A stretch of 63,151 nucleotides of DNA, filler included. It is 4 parts of 4 records of this genome, joined end to end, with 100 filler letters (N's around TTAATTAATTAA, not from the genome) between each part and the next. Parts side by side here need not be neighbours in the genome. Positions count along the whole stretch, not along the records: positions 29,624 to 51,165 come from DRR723986_4635; 3 more parts are not named here. One strand, written 5' to 3'. Below are positions 38,788 through 49,673 of this stretch, piece by piece. The notes below the pieces were generated by a model that was given only the letters and a program-made list of their open reading frames with translations, was not told where the DNA came from and did not search any database. Every line of letters begins with the position of its first letter. Within the stretch, counting starts at the first letter, position 1. The translations under genes were made by a program, and so were the position numbers.

Positions 38788-39264
38788 ATGGTCCGATCGT
38801 CGGCTCCTCGATACAGGCTGGTGCTGTTGGTGGCCGCAGTCATTTCGGTCGTTTTAGGAACGAATGCCATGGCTCTGTTTGGAACAAATGTTATCTTTTC
38901 AGAAGTCTCCGGAACAGTAATTAAAAACGGCCAGCCAGTTGAAGGTGCCAAGGTTCTTCAGATTACCTTGTGGTCAAAGCCTGGCGAGGTTCCAGAAAAA
39001 GCCGTTTTAACAGACAAGAACGGTCAATTTTATTTTCCTGAGATCAGTCGCCCCGCCGGCTTCTCCAACTTCCTCCCTGGGGAAATCACCATAGTCCAGA
39101 AAATCAATATCGAATTTGATGGCAAGGAATACCGCGGCTGGCTCAACACCAAGACGAATTACGAACGAGAAGGCGAGCGCAATCGCCCACTCCGTTTCAT
39201 TTGCGACTTAGACCACACGCCTAGCAATACCGGCGATGATTTTGGAGTTTGCCGGCTCGCTTAG
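38788..39264 (+). CDS. Secreted DUF6795-like protein, possible lipase immunity protein
   Basis: Signal peptide ending NAMA; FSEVSG.V.KNGQPV.GA; TD.NG.F.FP; tightly coupled to the lipase gene. Confidence 0.55.
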   Translation: MVRSSAPRYRLVLLVAAVISVVLGTNAMALFGTNVIFSEVSGTVIKNGQPVEGAKVLQITLWSKPGEVPEKAVLTDKNGQFYFPEISRPAGFSNFLPGEITIVQKINIEFDGKEYRGWLNTKTNYEREGERNRPLRFICDLDHTPSNTGDDFGVCRLA

Positions 39265-40450
39265 CGTCGAAGAGTGGAGAACGCTGTTGTCTCTTGCCCT
39301 GTCCCCCGCCCAAACGGTCCAGTTGGCGCAAAGCGCCTATGCGATGCGGCTAGATACGGATCTGTTAACGGCAGCCCAGGCCGCCGGACCTGGTGGCGAG
39401 CAGTTTGACATTGCCTCCGGAACACGTTTCACCGGCGTCTCCGGCCTCAACATACCTGGTGGCTCGAGCAGGACGGGCTTCGGCTTTGTTGCTCACGGCA
39501 AGGCTGGAACACCTAGACACGGAGAGACACTCATTTGCGTGCGTGGCACGGAAATAACTTCCGGTCACGACCTCATGACGGATGCGCACATGAGTGCCGC
39601 ACGCAGTCCACTTGGGCTCCCCGTCCATGAAGGCTTCAGAAATGTCGCGACAAGCATTCTCGGGCAGGTACAAACCGCACTGCGCGGAAGAAATCCAGGA
39701 ACACTCCACATCATTGGTCACAGCTTAGGTGGCGCAGCTGCCACAATCCTGGCGGAAGCGCTGATAGGAACCTCGAGCATCAAGCTATACACCTACGGTG
39801 CGCCAAGGGCTGGATTGGATAGCCATGCGCAGGTCGTCACGGCCGGCCTTGGAGCTCGCAATGTTTTTCGTGTCTATCACGATACAGATGTTGTGCCGAT
39901 GCTGCCGATTTTTCCGTTTTGTCACATACCCGTTGGAGAGGTGGCTTATTTGCTGCGCGGGCCTGGCACGCTGGTAAGCATAGATGCTCATTTCCTGGTT
40001 TCGTACCGCAAATCTGTCGGCCTGAGTGATTGGTCGGGTTTGCCGGTAATTGCCAATCGTCGTTTCTCGCTCGATACGGTCGACGATTTGCTTTCCCAAG
40101 CTCAATCGGCGGCCGTCGGGCCCGCCATGCACTCGATTGTTGTCTTGAGACAAATCGAAAAAATCCTAGGAATGTTGCTTGAAGCCGCCGGGGTGGTGGT
40201 CGGCCTTGCATTTTTCGGTGCCGCGACCGTTCTTGATAAAATGGCTGCTGCACTGACCAACATGGCAGCCTCTTCACTCGCCGCGGCCGAGCGGGTTGTG
40301 GAGTTCGTGAATGTCGTTATGCGGTTCCTTGGCAAGCAGCTACTCGAGAAAGGTGCAAAACTCACCGTGACATTTTTGCGCTGGTTGTTATCGATACTTG
40401 TTTCCGTAATCGGTGGCTTCGCAATGCGGGCAATAGCTAGACTACGTTAA
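39236..40450 (+). CDS. Class 3 lipase (start possibly TTG 39287)
   Basis: RGT, VHEGF, GHSLGGA, YTYGAPR, DVVPMLP; hydrophobic C-terminal helices. Confidence 0.85.
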   Translation: MILEFAGSLSVEEWRTLLSLALSPAQTVQLAQSAYAMRLDTDLLTAAQAAGPGGEQFDIASGTRFTGVSGLNIPGGSSRTGFGFVAHGKAGTPRHGETLICVRGTEITSGHDLMTDAHMSAARSPLGLPVHEGFRNVATSILGQVQTALRGRNPGTLHIIGHSLGGAAATILAEALIGTSSIKLYTYGAPRAGLDSHAQVVTAGLGARNVFRVYHDTDVVPMLPIFPFCHIPVGEVAYLLRGPGTLVSIDAHFLVSYRKSVGLSDWSGLPVIANRRFSLDTVDDLLSQAQSAAVGPAMHSIVVLRQIEKILGMLLEAAGVVVGLAFFGAATVLDKMAAALTNMAASSLAAAERVVEFVNVVMRFLGKQLLEKGAKLTVTFLRWLLSILVSVIGGFAMRAIARLR

Positions 40451-40648
40451 TTCCGAGGAAGCGTGACTACGACGTTGTGGTGCGGTGAAAGATTCGAGAA
40501 CAACTAAATCAGCTATATCTCTCGCGAGGTGTCGGCTGTGAGATGAACGAAGGCATTCTCGGTACCCGCGGTTCAGAGGCCGTTGCCATGGCAACAGGCC
40601 ACGCAACAGAAGTAATGGCGAGATCCGGAGCGCCTACAGGCTCTTATT

Positions 40649-40686
40649 GGGGTCGGTTCCGGCTGGGGGCGAAATGACACTCTAAG
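40649..40686 (+). mobile_element. Tn3-family 38-bp terminal inverted repeat facing right
   Basis: GGGGTCGGTTCCGGCTGGGGGCGAAATGACACTCTAAG: GGGG start, TAAG end, 38 bp; preceded by AT-rich TTATT. Confidence 0.82.
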
Positions 40687-41059
40687 TGTAGCGGCTTGAG
40701 ATCGTCCAATCTCGGGATCAGAAGGCGAGAACTCTGATATTTCCTTTACCGGAAACACACAATTTGAGCTCATCTGGACTTCCGGGTTCGTTATAGGCAT
40801 AGTTTGTGCTGTCTGCATCGCATTGACCATTTCGCGGTGCTTGCGACGTTGGAACCTGGACCCCTCGCGGTGGCTATGTCGAGCGCCTATCCCTCGACCA
40901 ACTTCAATTGAACGCTCCTTCTTTTGCTTTGTGCCACCAGTCCCTGCAGCCAGTTAGGCTGTTCACGCGCTTTTCAGCACTGCCCCTAATGCTCGCGGGT
41001 GAGGGCTCCCGAGTTGGAAGAAGAAAGTTTCCGTTCAAGAAAATAATCGGAATACCGAA

Positions 41060-41569
41060 TTGCACAGTCCAGACGATGCGCAGAAATGCTGCGTGTTTTT
41101 AGATGGCACTTTCGCCGAAGGAATAATGAGTAGCGTGCACATCGATTTTAGCGCATTTGCCGAGACGCTCAGACGAAGCCACAGCGTGACCAATTTTGTA
41201 TATTACAGCATTGTTCCGCCGTTCGAGGACGAATTTCCCAAGCGGCGGCTTTTGGATTGGCTATCCTACAATGGCTACCTTGTTCGAGAAAAATACGGCA
41301 AAACCGTCACACGAGATTCCAGAACCATTCTGAGAGGATCTGTGTCGCTGGATATCACGATTGACGCGCTCGAAATAAGCGACAGGGTCGATGGCATTAT
41401 CATTCTGACCAACGACATGAATATGTGTGCGGCCATCCGATCGCTTCAACGGAAGTCGACCTGGGTCGCTATTGTGACCTGGATAAATGATGTCAATTTG
41501 CAGGTCGACAGCCAACTTCGCCGCGCTGCTGACAAACTATTGCGCCTGGATCTCGGTGAAAATACCTGA
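41060..41569 (+). CDS. NYN (LabA/DUF88) domain protein, divergent
   Basis: VFLDG, LLDWLSYNGY, ITIDALE, SQLRRAAD. Confidence 0.7.
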   Translation: MHSPDDAQKCCVFLDGTFAEGIMSSVHIDFSAFAETLRRSHSVTNFVYYSIVPPFEDEFPKRRLLDWLSYNGYLVREKYGKTVTRDSRTILRGSVSLDITIDALEISDRVDGIIILTNDMNMCAAIRSLQRKSTWVAIVTWINDVNLQVDSQLRRAADKLLRLDLGENT

Positions 41570-41650
41570 CTGACGCGAGCGGAGGGCGCAATCCCTTGCG
41601 CCACTCCATTTTTGCAGGTTTGTGTCAATGACACTGACCTGGTTGCATAT

Positions 41651-42505
41651 TCAACGCATCAGCAGGATCGGCACCTTGCAGGTCCGGACCATTTCCGTCG
41701 TCGTCGAGCCAATGATCAGACTGCGGATACGCGAGTGACCATAGGCTCCCATGACGACCAGGTCGTATTGCTGCTCTTCCACCAGTTTGCCCAGGACCGC
41801 TTCCGGTCTGCCGTTCTCGATGATGATGTCCGCACTAAAGCCGCCGGCCGCCAGCGTATCCCGGGCATTTTCAAGAGCCTTGCGGATCTCCGGAGTTTCT
41901 GCGCCGGCAAAGGCCAGCGTGACGGGCAGGCCCGCCAGCAGCTTGTGCCTGGCCAGGTAATCCACGGCCTTCAGCGAAGACTGGCCGCCGTCAAAGGCGA
42001 TCAGCACTTTCGAGACCGGCTTGAACTCGCGGTTGGCGACGAAAACAGGTTTCCGGCAGGAGCGTACGACACGTTCCAGGTTGGAACCCAGATGCAGCTT
42101 TGCAAAATCCGCCGCTTCGCCACGTTTGCCGATAACGATAAGATCGCCTGTGTCTTCCTTGGCCAGAACGGTCTCCACCAGGTCACCCTGCCGCAGCCGG
42201 GTTTCCACGTTTACGCCATCGGCTTCGACGATCGCCCTGGCGTCTTCGAGGATCGCGCGGCCCTGGGTCTGGGCGAGTTTCGCGCGCTGTGCATCGAGTT
42301 CGCTCAGTTCCTCCAGAATGTGAGATCGAGCGCCGAGTTCGATGGCGCCGCTCAGGTTCTGGCTTGCGACACCTTCGCGGCGGCCGAGCACATGGTAGAT
42401 TTTCACCCTGGCGTCGGTCCGCTTTGCGATCCAGGCCGCGTAATGGCAGACGCTTTCGGAATATTTCGAACCGTCCACCAGGGCAATCAGTGTGCCTGTC
42501 GACAT
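41651..42505 (-). CDS. Universal stress protein (tandem USP)
   Basis: ALVDGS, VIGKRGE..HLGSNLERVVR, MGAYGHSRIRSLIIGSTT. Confidence 0.92.
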   Translation of the reverse strand: MSTGTLIALVDGSKYSESVCHYAAWIAKRTDARVKIYHVLGRREGVASQNLSGAIELGARSHILEELSELDAQRAKLAQTQGRAILEDARAIVEADGVNVETRLRQGDLVETVLAKEDTGDLIVIGKRGEAADFAKLHLGSNLERVVRSCRKPVFVANREFKPVSKVLIAFDGGQSSLKAVDYLARHKLLAGLPVTLAFAGAETPEIRKALENARDTLAAGGFSADIIIENGRPEAVLGKLVEEQQYDLVVMGAYGHSRIRSLIIGSTTTEMVRTCKVPILLMR

Positions 42506-42515
42506 GTGTGCCTCC

Positions 42516-44006
42516 CTAATGTCCCAGAAGTTTTTCCATGGCGCCCGGCCTGTCGTGTATTGCAAGCCTGTCGACGATGGTTTCCGATGCCTCGTTCATG
42601 CCGAGGATATCGACCTCGGCCCCTTCGCGCCGGAATTTCAGGACCGCCATGTCCAGCGCGGCGACCGAGGAAATGTCCCAGATATGGGCCCGAGTGACAT
42701 CGATTGTCACCATTTCCGGCGTCTCCCTGAAGTCGAAGGCCTTCATGAAGTCCTCGACTGACGCGAAGAACAATTGCCCCTCGACAACGTATGTCCGGTG
42801 CCGCCCATCCGGGCTGATCGTGGTTCTGACGCGGAAGATCTGCGAGATTTTCCAGGCAAAGAAGATGCCCGACAGGAGCACGCCGACGAGAACGCCGATG
42901 GCCAGGTTATGGGTGTAGATGACAAAAAACACCGTTGCCAGCATGACGATTGAAGACGAGCGCGGATGCTCCCGCAGGTTCTTGATGGAGCTCCAGGAGA
43001 AGGTTCCGATCGAGACCATGATCATGATCGAGACCAGGGCGGCCATCGGGATCTGCCCGACGAGATCTCCCAATGCAACGACCATGAACAACAGAAATAC
43101 ACCGGCTGCGAAGGCAGACAGCCGGCCGCGGCCGCCGGACTTCACGTTGATCATTGACTGGCCGATCATGGCGCAGCCGGCCATACCGCCGATGAAGCCT
43201 GTTGCGGTGTTGGCGATACCCTGGCCGATGCATTCCTGGTTGCGGTCTGATGGCGTGTCCGTGAGATCGTCGACGATCTGCTGCGTCATCAGGCTCTCCA
43301 GCAATCCGACCACCGCGACAGCAACCGAATAAGGAAAGATGATCTGCAACGTCTGGAACGTCAGTGGAATATCCGGGATAAGGAACACGGGCAGCGTATT
43401 GGGCAATTCCCCCATATCACTGACCGTGCGCACGTCCCAGCCGAACAGGATCGTCAGTCCGGTGAGCACGATGATCGTGACAAGCGGCGACGGAATAACT
43501 TTGGTCACCCGCGGAAACAGATAGATGATTGCCAGTCCACCTGCGACGAGCGCGAAGGTCAGCGGCGGCACGTGCGCAGGATCGAGTTCCGGCAATTGCG
43601 CCATGAAGATGAGGATGGCGAGGGCGTTGACGAACCCGGTCATCACAGATCGGGAGACGAAGCGCATCACGTAGCCAAGCTTCAGTAATCCGGCTCCGAT
43701 CTGGAGCAAACCGGCCAGGACCGTGGCAGCGAGCAGATATTGCAGGCCGTGGTCTTTCACCAGGGTGATCATCAGCACCGCGGTTGCTGCCGTTGCCGCG
43801 GAAATCATGCCCGGACGGCCTCCGGTGATCGCAATGATCACGGCGATGGAAAAGGAAGCATAAAGGCCGACCTTCGGGTCGACCCCGGCGATGATGGAAA
43901 AGGCGATAGCCTCGGGAATGAGGGCAAGCGCCACAACCAGGCCTGACAGCAGGTCGGCGCGGATATTGCCCGTCCATTGGTTTTTGTAGTTTGTGTATGA
44001 AATCAT
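42516..44006 (-). CDS. SulP family anion transporter with STAS domain
   Basis: [37 protein letters not shown]. Confidence 0.93.
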   Translation of the reverse strand: MISYTNYKNQWTGNIRADLLSGLVVALALIPEAIAFSIIAGVDPKVGLYASFSIAVIIAITGGRPGMISAATAATAVLMITLVKDHGLQYLLAATVLAGLLQIGAGLLKLGYVMRFVSRSVMTGFVNALAILIFMAQLPELDPAHVPPLTFALVAGGLAIIYLFPRVTKVIPSPLVTIIVLTGLTILFGWDVRTVSDMGELPNTLPVFLIPDIPLTFQTLQIIFPYSVAVAVVGLLESLMTQQIVDDLTDTPSDRNQECIGQGIANTATGFIGGMAGCAMIGQSMINVKSGGRGRLSAFAAGVFLLFMVVALGDLVGQIPMAALVSIMIMVSIGTFSWSSIKNLREHPRSSSIVMLATVFFVIYTHNLAIGVLVGVLLSGIFFAWKISQIFRVRTTISPDGRHRTYVVEGQLFFASVEDFMKAFDFRETPEMVTIDVTRAHIWDISSVAALDMAVLKFRREGAEVDILGMNEASETIVDRLAIHDRPGAMEKLLGH

Positions 44007-44076
44007 ATACAGCCCAAAGTTCTGCTAACCGGAGCAACGATGCTGCTACGGCTTTTCAGATGTGAATTTTCGGGTT

Positions 44077-44133
44077 GTCCGGCGGATCGGCGGCCGGAGG
44101 AGCCACCCGGGAATCTCACCCGGGTCCTGACGA
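44077..44133 (-). ncRNA. sul1-like cis-regulatory RNA upstream of sulP
   Basis: Minus strand CGTCAGG-ACCCGGG-TGAGATT-CCCGGGT-GGCTCC-TCCGGC-CGCCGATCC-GCCGGA: two hairpins ~70 nt upstream of SulP, matching my recollection of the alphaproteobacterial sul1 motif and its context. Confidence 0.7.
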
Positions 44134-44326
44134 TTTGGTTCTCTTAGCTTGTTGCGGCGCAAAAGCCAAGGGGATCACATATAGTGGCTTGAAGGCGAAA
44201 TCCTACTCGCTCACCTCAAGGCATTGCCGATCATGAACGGCCTTGGTCGGTTTCTTGAATGACATGTCGTCTTCCCGAGCTCATTCGAACTGACAAAGAC
44301 GGCAATGTCCACATGAAGAGCGGAAA

Positions 44327-47050
44327 TTAGGAATTCGAACGCTGCCGCCTTAGTGTCAGACGCATTTGCTTCTCCGATTCCAGGAGCGCAAAGAAGACAC
44401 AGCCGATTGCAACGATCAGGACGCCATCCGCCAAGGACACCGCTTGCGTTCCGAGAAGCAACTGCAAGGGTGGAACATATGTTATCGCGAACTGTGCCCC
44501 GGTCACCGCGAGGACGCACGCCCAGACGACTGGGGTTCCCTTGACGGCGTTCCAGTTTAGCGATGTTGTGTAAATGTTGCGAATGAAGAACAGGTGGAAG
44601 ATTTCCAACACCACGAGCGTGTTCATCGCCATCGTCTGCGCAATTTCGGCGGGATAGCCGCGGTCCGTCGCGTAGAAGAAGATGCCGAAAACCCCAGCAA
44701 GAAACAACGTGGAGACGAGCACGATGTGCCAGACAAGCTCCCCTGACAGCAGGGGTTCGTCGCGCGGACGTGGCGGGCGTCGCATCGTTCCCGGTTCCGA
44801 CGGCTCGAAGGCGAGTGCAAGACCAAGCGTTACGGCGGTTATGAGGTTCACCCAGAGAATCTGCACCGCCGTGATCGGCAGTGCCATTCCGGCGAAAAGC
44901 GCGACAACGATGGTCATGGCTTCACCGGCATTGGTGGGCAGGGTCCAGCTGAGGACCTTCTTGATGTTGTCGTAAACAGTGCGGCCCTCACGCACCGCAG
45001 CCGCGATCGACGCAAAGTTGTCATCGGCAAGCACCAGCTCAGCAGCTTCCTTGGCGGCCTCGCTTCCCTTCTGGCCCATCGCGACCCCGGCATCGGCACG
45101 CTTGAGCGCTGGCGCGTCGTTCACACCGTCGCCAGTCATCGCCACGGTCAGGCCACGGGATTGCAGCGCGGTAACGAGCCGCAGCTTGTCGGCAGGCGAA
45201 GTCCGGGCGAAGATATCGGTGTCAATGACCGCTTGGGCCAGAGCGGCGTCTTCCATCACTGCAAGATCGGCTCCGGTCAGAACGCGGCTTGCATTCTTCA
45301 ATCCGATCATGCCCCCGATGGCACGGGCCGTTGCCGCATGATCTCCGGTTATCATCTTCACCCGGATACCAGCAGCATGGCACTCGGCCACAGCTTCAAT
45401 GGCTTCCGCGCGCGGCGGATCGATAAGACCGATAAGACCAATGAGCGTGAGCTGACTGCCTACATCGGCAATATTTAGGACAGTATGGTCCTGTGCCACG
45501 CTTCGCACAGCGACCGCAATGACCCGCTGACCCTGCGCGGCAAGGTCCTCCACCTGCCTCTGCCAGAGTTCCTCGTCCAGCGGTTCCGTTGTGCCGTCGG
45601 CTGAGCGTTGGTTCGCACTTAGCGCAAGCAATGCCTCGGGCGCACCCTTGACGTGAATGCAGGCATGCCCCGCGTGATCGTGGTGAAGAGTAGCCATATA
45701 GCGATGGGCGGAATCGAAGGGGATCGCGTCGGTGCGGGTCCACTGACGGTATGGCTCTGGGCCTTCGCCCGAGATCTTTCCGGCGAGCGCCATGAGGGCA
45801 CCTTCCATTGGGTCTCCTTCAACGCGCCAGCCGTCCTGCGACGCGTGAAGGACGGCATCGTTGCACAGCGCCGAGGCGAGAGCGAATTCCAGCAGCACCG
45901 TGTGCTGATCTGGATCGGCATCGGCGTCGCGCCAGCGGATCGCGCCCTCCGGTGCGTATCCGGTTCCGCCGATCGAATAAATGTGCTCTGCCGTGGCCAG
46001 CGAGGCCGCGATCATCTCGTTTCGTGTCAGAGTGCCTGTCTTGTCGGAGCAGATGACGGAGACGGAGCCCAGTGTTTCGATTGCCGGCAGACGGCGAACT
46101 ATGGCGTTGCGCCGCGCCATCGCCTGTACACCGACGGCTAGGGTTATGGTGAGCACCGCCGGCAGACCTTCCGGGATGGCAGCGACTGACAAACCGACTA
46201 CGGCCATGAAGAGTTCCGCAAACGGCAGATGACCAACATAATAGCCGTAAGTCAGAAGTATCGCGGCAACGAGCAGGATGAAGACCGTGAGCCAACGGGC
46301 AAAGCGGTCCACTTGTGTCACAAGCGGCGTGGTAAGCGTCTCTACGCGAGAGAGCATGCTGCTGATGCGGCCGATCTGTGTGGAGGCACCGGTGGCAGTG
46401 ATCACGCCGCGTCCCGCTCCGGCCGCGACCAGAGTGCCGGAATAGAGCATTGACGTCCGATCCCCAAGCGCAACGTCCCGATCAACCGGCGCCGTGCCTT
46501 TTTCGACCGGCATGGATTCGCCGGTCAGGATTGCTTCCTCGGCTTTTAGCCCCCGCGCCTCTATCAGCCTCAGGTCTGCCGGGACCCGGTCTCCGGCCTC
46601 CAGCAAGACGATATCGCCCGGCACCAGGTCTGCCACATCGACGCTTTGCCGCCTGCCGTCGCGCAACACCGCCGAGCGAGGGGCCAGCATAGCGCGAATG
46701 GCATCCATCGCCTGCTCGGCGCGCCCTTCCTGAACGAACCCGATAACCGCGTTGACGATGATCACGGCGAGAATGACGCCGGTGTCGATCCAGTGCTGCA
46801 AGGCCGCTGTGACCACCGCTGAGCCGATCAGGACATAGATCAGCACGTTGTTGAAATGTGTCAGGAACCGCAGAAAAGAGTTCTGCTTTTTAGGCTCCGG
46901 GAGCCGATTCGGACCGTGCGCGGCGAGACGACGGGCTGCCTCTTCCGCACGGATGCCCTTCTCGTCGACGCCAAGTGCCTCAAGCGCGGCCTTGCCGCTC
47001 ACGGCGTGCATGTCGGCGCCAGGTATGCGGTCGTTCATCCAGTCACCCAT
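44327..47050 (-). CDS. Cation-transporting P-type ATPase (type IIA-like)
   Basis: TGES, IPEGLP, DKTGTLT, KGAPE, TGDGVNDAPAL. Confidence 0.95.
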   Translation of the reverse strand: MGDWMNDRIPGADMHAVSGKAALEALGVDEKGIRAEEAARRLAAHGPNRLPEPKKQNSFLRFLTHFNNVLIYVLIGSAVVTAALQHWIDTGVILAVIIVNAVIGFVQEGRAEQAMDAIRAMLAPRSAVLRDGRRQSVDVADLVPGDIVLLEAGDRVPADLRLIEARGLKAEEAILTGESMPVEKGTAPVDRDVALGDRTSMLYSGTLVAAGAGRGVITATGASTQIGRISSMLSRVETLTTPLVTQVDRFARWLTVFILLVAAILLTYGYYVGHLPFAELFMAVVGLSVAAIPEGLPAVLTITLAVGVQAMARRNAIVRRLPAIETLGSVSVICSDKTGTLTRNEMIAASLATAEHIYSIGGTGYAPEGAIRWRDADADPDQHTVLLEFALASALCNDAVLHASQDGWRVEGDPMEGALMALAGKISGEGPEPYRQWTRTDAIPFDSAHRYMATLHHDHAGHACIHVKGAPEALLALSANQRSADGTTEPLDEELWQRQVEDLAAQGQRVIAVAVRSVAQDHTVLNIADVGSQLTLIGLIGLIDPPRAEAIEAVAECHAAGIRVKMITGDHAATARAIGGMIGLKNASRVLTGADLAVMEDAALAQAVIDTDIFARTSPADKLRLVTALQSRGLTVAMTGDGVNDAPALKRADAGVAMGQKGSEAAKEAAELVLADDNFASIAAAVREGRTVYDNIKKVLSWTLPTNAGEAMTIVVALFAGMALPITAVQILWVNLITAVTLGLALAFEPSEPGTMRRPPRPRDEPLLSGELVWHIVLVSTLFLAGVFGIFFYATDRGYPAEIAQTMAMNTLVVLEIFHLFFIRNIYTTSLNWNAVKGTPVVWACVLAVTGAQFAITYVPPLQLLLGTQAVSLADGVLIVAIGCVFFALLESEKQMRLTLRRQRSNS

Positions 47051-47301
47051 CCTTCAGTCACCAAAGAAGGCTGCGATCCAAATTTTCGATCCTGAACAAA
47101 GGCATGATCACGAATTCGAACGGTCCACTTGGTCATCTTCGTTCGGTCCGGTAGGGCGCGCATCCATTTCGATCACTTTTCCCTCCGTTTTGGCTTGATT
47201 TGGCTTGACCTGGTGCAGCCCTGACAGATCAGATTGAGTGCAACGAGCCGCTGCGTGCCAAAATGCAAAAAACACGTTATGGCGGCCAGGGGACCGAAGC
47301 G

Positions 47302-48174
47302 ATGATCAAGATCATGGTGGCCACGGATTTTTCTGAACGCTAGGATCGGGCGCTGAGGCGCGCGACCCTTCTCGCGCGGCAGTCCGGGGCTAGCCTTGAG
47401 CTTATCCATGTGGTCGATGACGATCAGCCCCGACAAATCGTCGAAGCAGAACGCACAGAGGCAGAAAAACTGCTACACCAGCTTGCTGCGACCCTTGGGG
47501 AGATCGACGGAATACCATGTACATCCTGGGTCATGTTGGCTGCACCATTCCTGGGGATTGTCCAGGCCGTCGATGACTCAGTCCCCGACCTTCTGGTTAT
47601 TGGCCCTCATCGCAAACAGTTGCTGCGGGACGTCTTCATTGGCACGACGGCGGAGCGGACGATCCGGTCAGTCGCCTGTCCCACGCTAATGTCGAACGCA
47701 CTTCCCGCCGGAAACTACAGACGCGTTCTGCTGACAACCGATCTATCCGCTGGCTCTCGCGAGGCGCTGCGTCGCTTTTCCGGATTGGGGTTCAGCAAAC
47801 GGGCACATAAATCGCTGCTCTATGTATTCGATGCCCCAGCGTTGGATCTAGCATTCAGTCACACAATTCCTCAAGGCGATCAACAGCAATACCTGGCTGA
47901 GGAGCAGAAGGAAGCGTCGCAGCGCCTTGCGGAATTTCTGGCTAGCCTGAAACAGACAACCGTCAATTCAATGGTGCGCTATGAGGCGACAAACACGGCC
48001 GACGAGATCCTGAATGCTGCGCACGAGGAACAGGCTGATCTGCTCGTGCTTTCAACGCGTGGAAGTCGTGGAACGGAGAAGGTGTACATCGAAAGCGTGA
48101 CCGAATACGTGCTGGGAACGTCATCGATTGATGTGCTTGCCATTCCACCTCTGCACAGCGAACAAAATGACTGA
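47302..48174 (+). pseudogene. Tandem universal stress protein interrupted by in-frame TAG at codon 14
   Basis: MIKIMVATDFSER*DRALRRA... (TAG at 47341) continues in frame into ORF 47410-48174. Confidence 0.8.
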
Positions 48175-48368
48175 GACGTGACCCCAAGTTGGCACCTGAG
48201 GCACTTCTGGTTGAAATCCCGGGCGTTTCCAGACGGTAGCGGTTATCAAAAAGTAAGCGGCTTGACCTGTAGACCTCAAAGATCAGGGCTACTGATGCTG
48301 GATGAGCGCTACTTGTCTAACTTGAGCAAGATCATTGTGGTTGATCAGAACTGCGGTAAGACAAGTCT

Positions 48369-49673
48369 ATGCAAGCGTTGGGTTTCATTTCGCTCTATCT
48401 CGTCGTCGTCAGCCTGCCGCTGATACTCGCGACGATTTTTGGCGGCCCGCCACGTCTCCTCCACCAGGAGGTTGCTTCCGGAATCGGGATTCTCGCTTTC
48501 TCGATTGTGCTTGCCGAGTTTGTGCTCTCCGGACGCTTCAAGAGCGTGTCAAACGGAGTTGGCATGGATGTTACCATGCGCTTCCACCAACTCATGGCCC
48601 GCACCGCCCTGCTTTTTGCCTTCCTGCACCCGTTTCTTTATCAGGGTAGCCCCTCGGGTGGTCAGCGGCCCTGGGATCCAACACGTCAACTCACGCTCAC
48701 AACGGACTTTTCCGCGATTGCGTCCGGCATGGCCGCATTCGTTCTTCTGCCGACCTTGGTGCTCCTGTCGATCTACCGCACCCAACTGGATTTCAAGTAT
48801 GAAACATGGCGCTTCATGCATGGTTTCGGTGCGCTTCTGATTGCCGTCCTGTTGCTGCATCACGCCGTTTATGCCGGACGCTACAGCTCGGAAGCGCCTT
48901 TGATCTGGCTCTGGGGGGCGATGACCGCAATTGCTGTCGGATCGCTGATTTATGTTTATCTGGTCGTGCCAATGATGGATCGAAATCGGCGATGGCAAGT
49001 TGCCTCCGTTACACGACGGTCGGCAAGACAATGGGAAGTGACCGTTGCCCCGGTCGCACATTCAGGCCTGGTCTACAGGGCCGGGCAGTTCGTTTGGCTG
49101 AATATCGGTCACAGCCCGTTTTCGCTTCATGAGAACCCCTTTTCCATAAGTTCTGCTCCTTCCGACGGCCCGAACGTCTCATTTGTCATCAAGGAACTCG
49201 GAGATTTCACCCGTTCGCTCCACAAGCTTCAGCCTGGAACCCGTGCCTATCTCGACGGTCCCTACGGAAGCCTTGTTGTCGACGGACGAAGGGAGCCCGG
49301 CATAGTGCTCGTTGCCGGAGGAGTTGGAGTTGCGCCTCTTCTTGGGATATTGCGGGAATTGCGCCTAACCGCCGATCCGCGTGAGGTTCGCCTTATTTAT
49401 GGCAACAGGACGGAAGAGCAGATTCTGTATCGGGACGAACTCGCTGGTGAAAACGTGACCCATATTCTGTCTGAACCGCCGGAAGGCTGGCGGGGAGAAA
49501 CCGGTATCATAGACGGCGCGCTGCTTGACCGCATCCTGTCAGCAGACCAGGCTAGGGACTGGCTGTTCGTCCTTTGCGGACCATCTGCCATGATGGACCT
49601 TGTTGAAGATCATCTGATTGCCCGTGGAACGCCGTCGAGCCGGATATTGTCCGAGAGGTTCGAATATGATTGA
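48369..49673 (+). CDS. Ferric reductase-like transmembrane protein with FAD/NAD-binding domain
   Basis: Heme-ligand His residues in TM segments, ENPFSISS, LDGPYG, AGGVGVAP, LCGP, ERF. Confidence 0.88.
   Translation: MQALGFISLYLVVVSLPLILATIFGGPPRLLHQEVASGIGILAFSIVLAEFVLSGRFKSVSNGVGMDVTMRFHQLMARTALLFAFLHPFLYQGSPSGGQRPWDPTRQLTLTTDFSAIASGMAAFVLLPTLVLLSIYRTQLDFKYETWRFMHGFGALLIAVLLLHHAVYAGRYSSEAPLIWLWGAMTAIAVGSLIYVYLVVPMMDRNRRWQVASVTRRSARQWEVTVAPVAHSGLVYRAGQFVWLNIGHSPFSLHENPFSISSAPSDGPNVSFVIKELGDFTRSLHKLQPGTRAYLDGPYGSLVVDGRREPGIVLVAGGVGVAPLLGILRELRLTADPREVRLIYGNRTEEQILYRDELAGENVTHILSEPPEGWRGETGIIDGALLDRILSADQARDWLFVLCGPSAMMDLVEDHLIARGTPSSRILSERFEYD

Noticed and set aside
40820-40864. Possible right-hand IR (reverse strand GGGGTCCAGGTTCC...) making a ~216-bp MITE with the IR at 40649
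   Set aside because: Only short patches match, there is no 38-bp alignment or TAAG end, and no TTATT duplication follows
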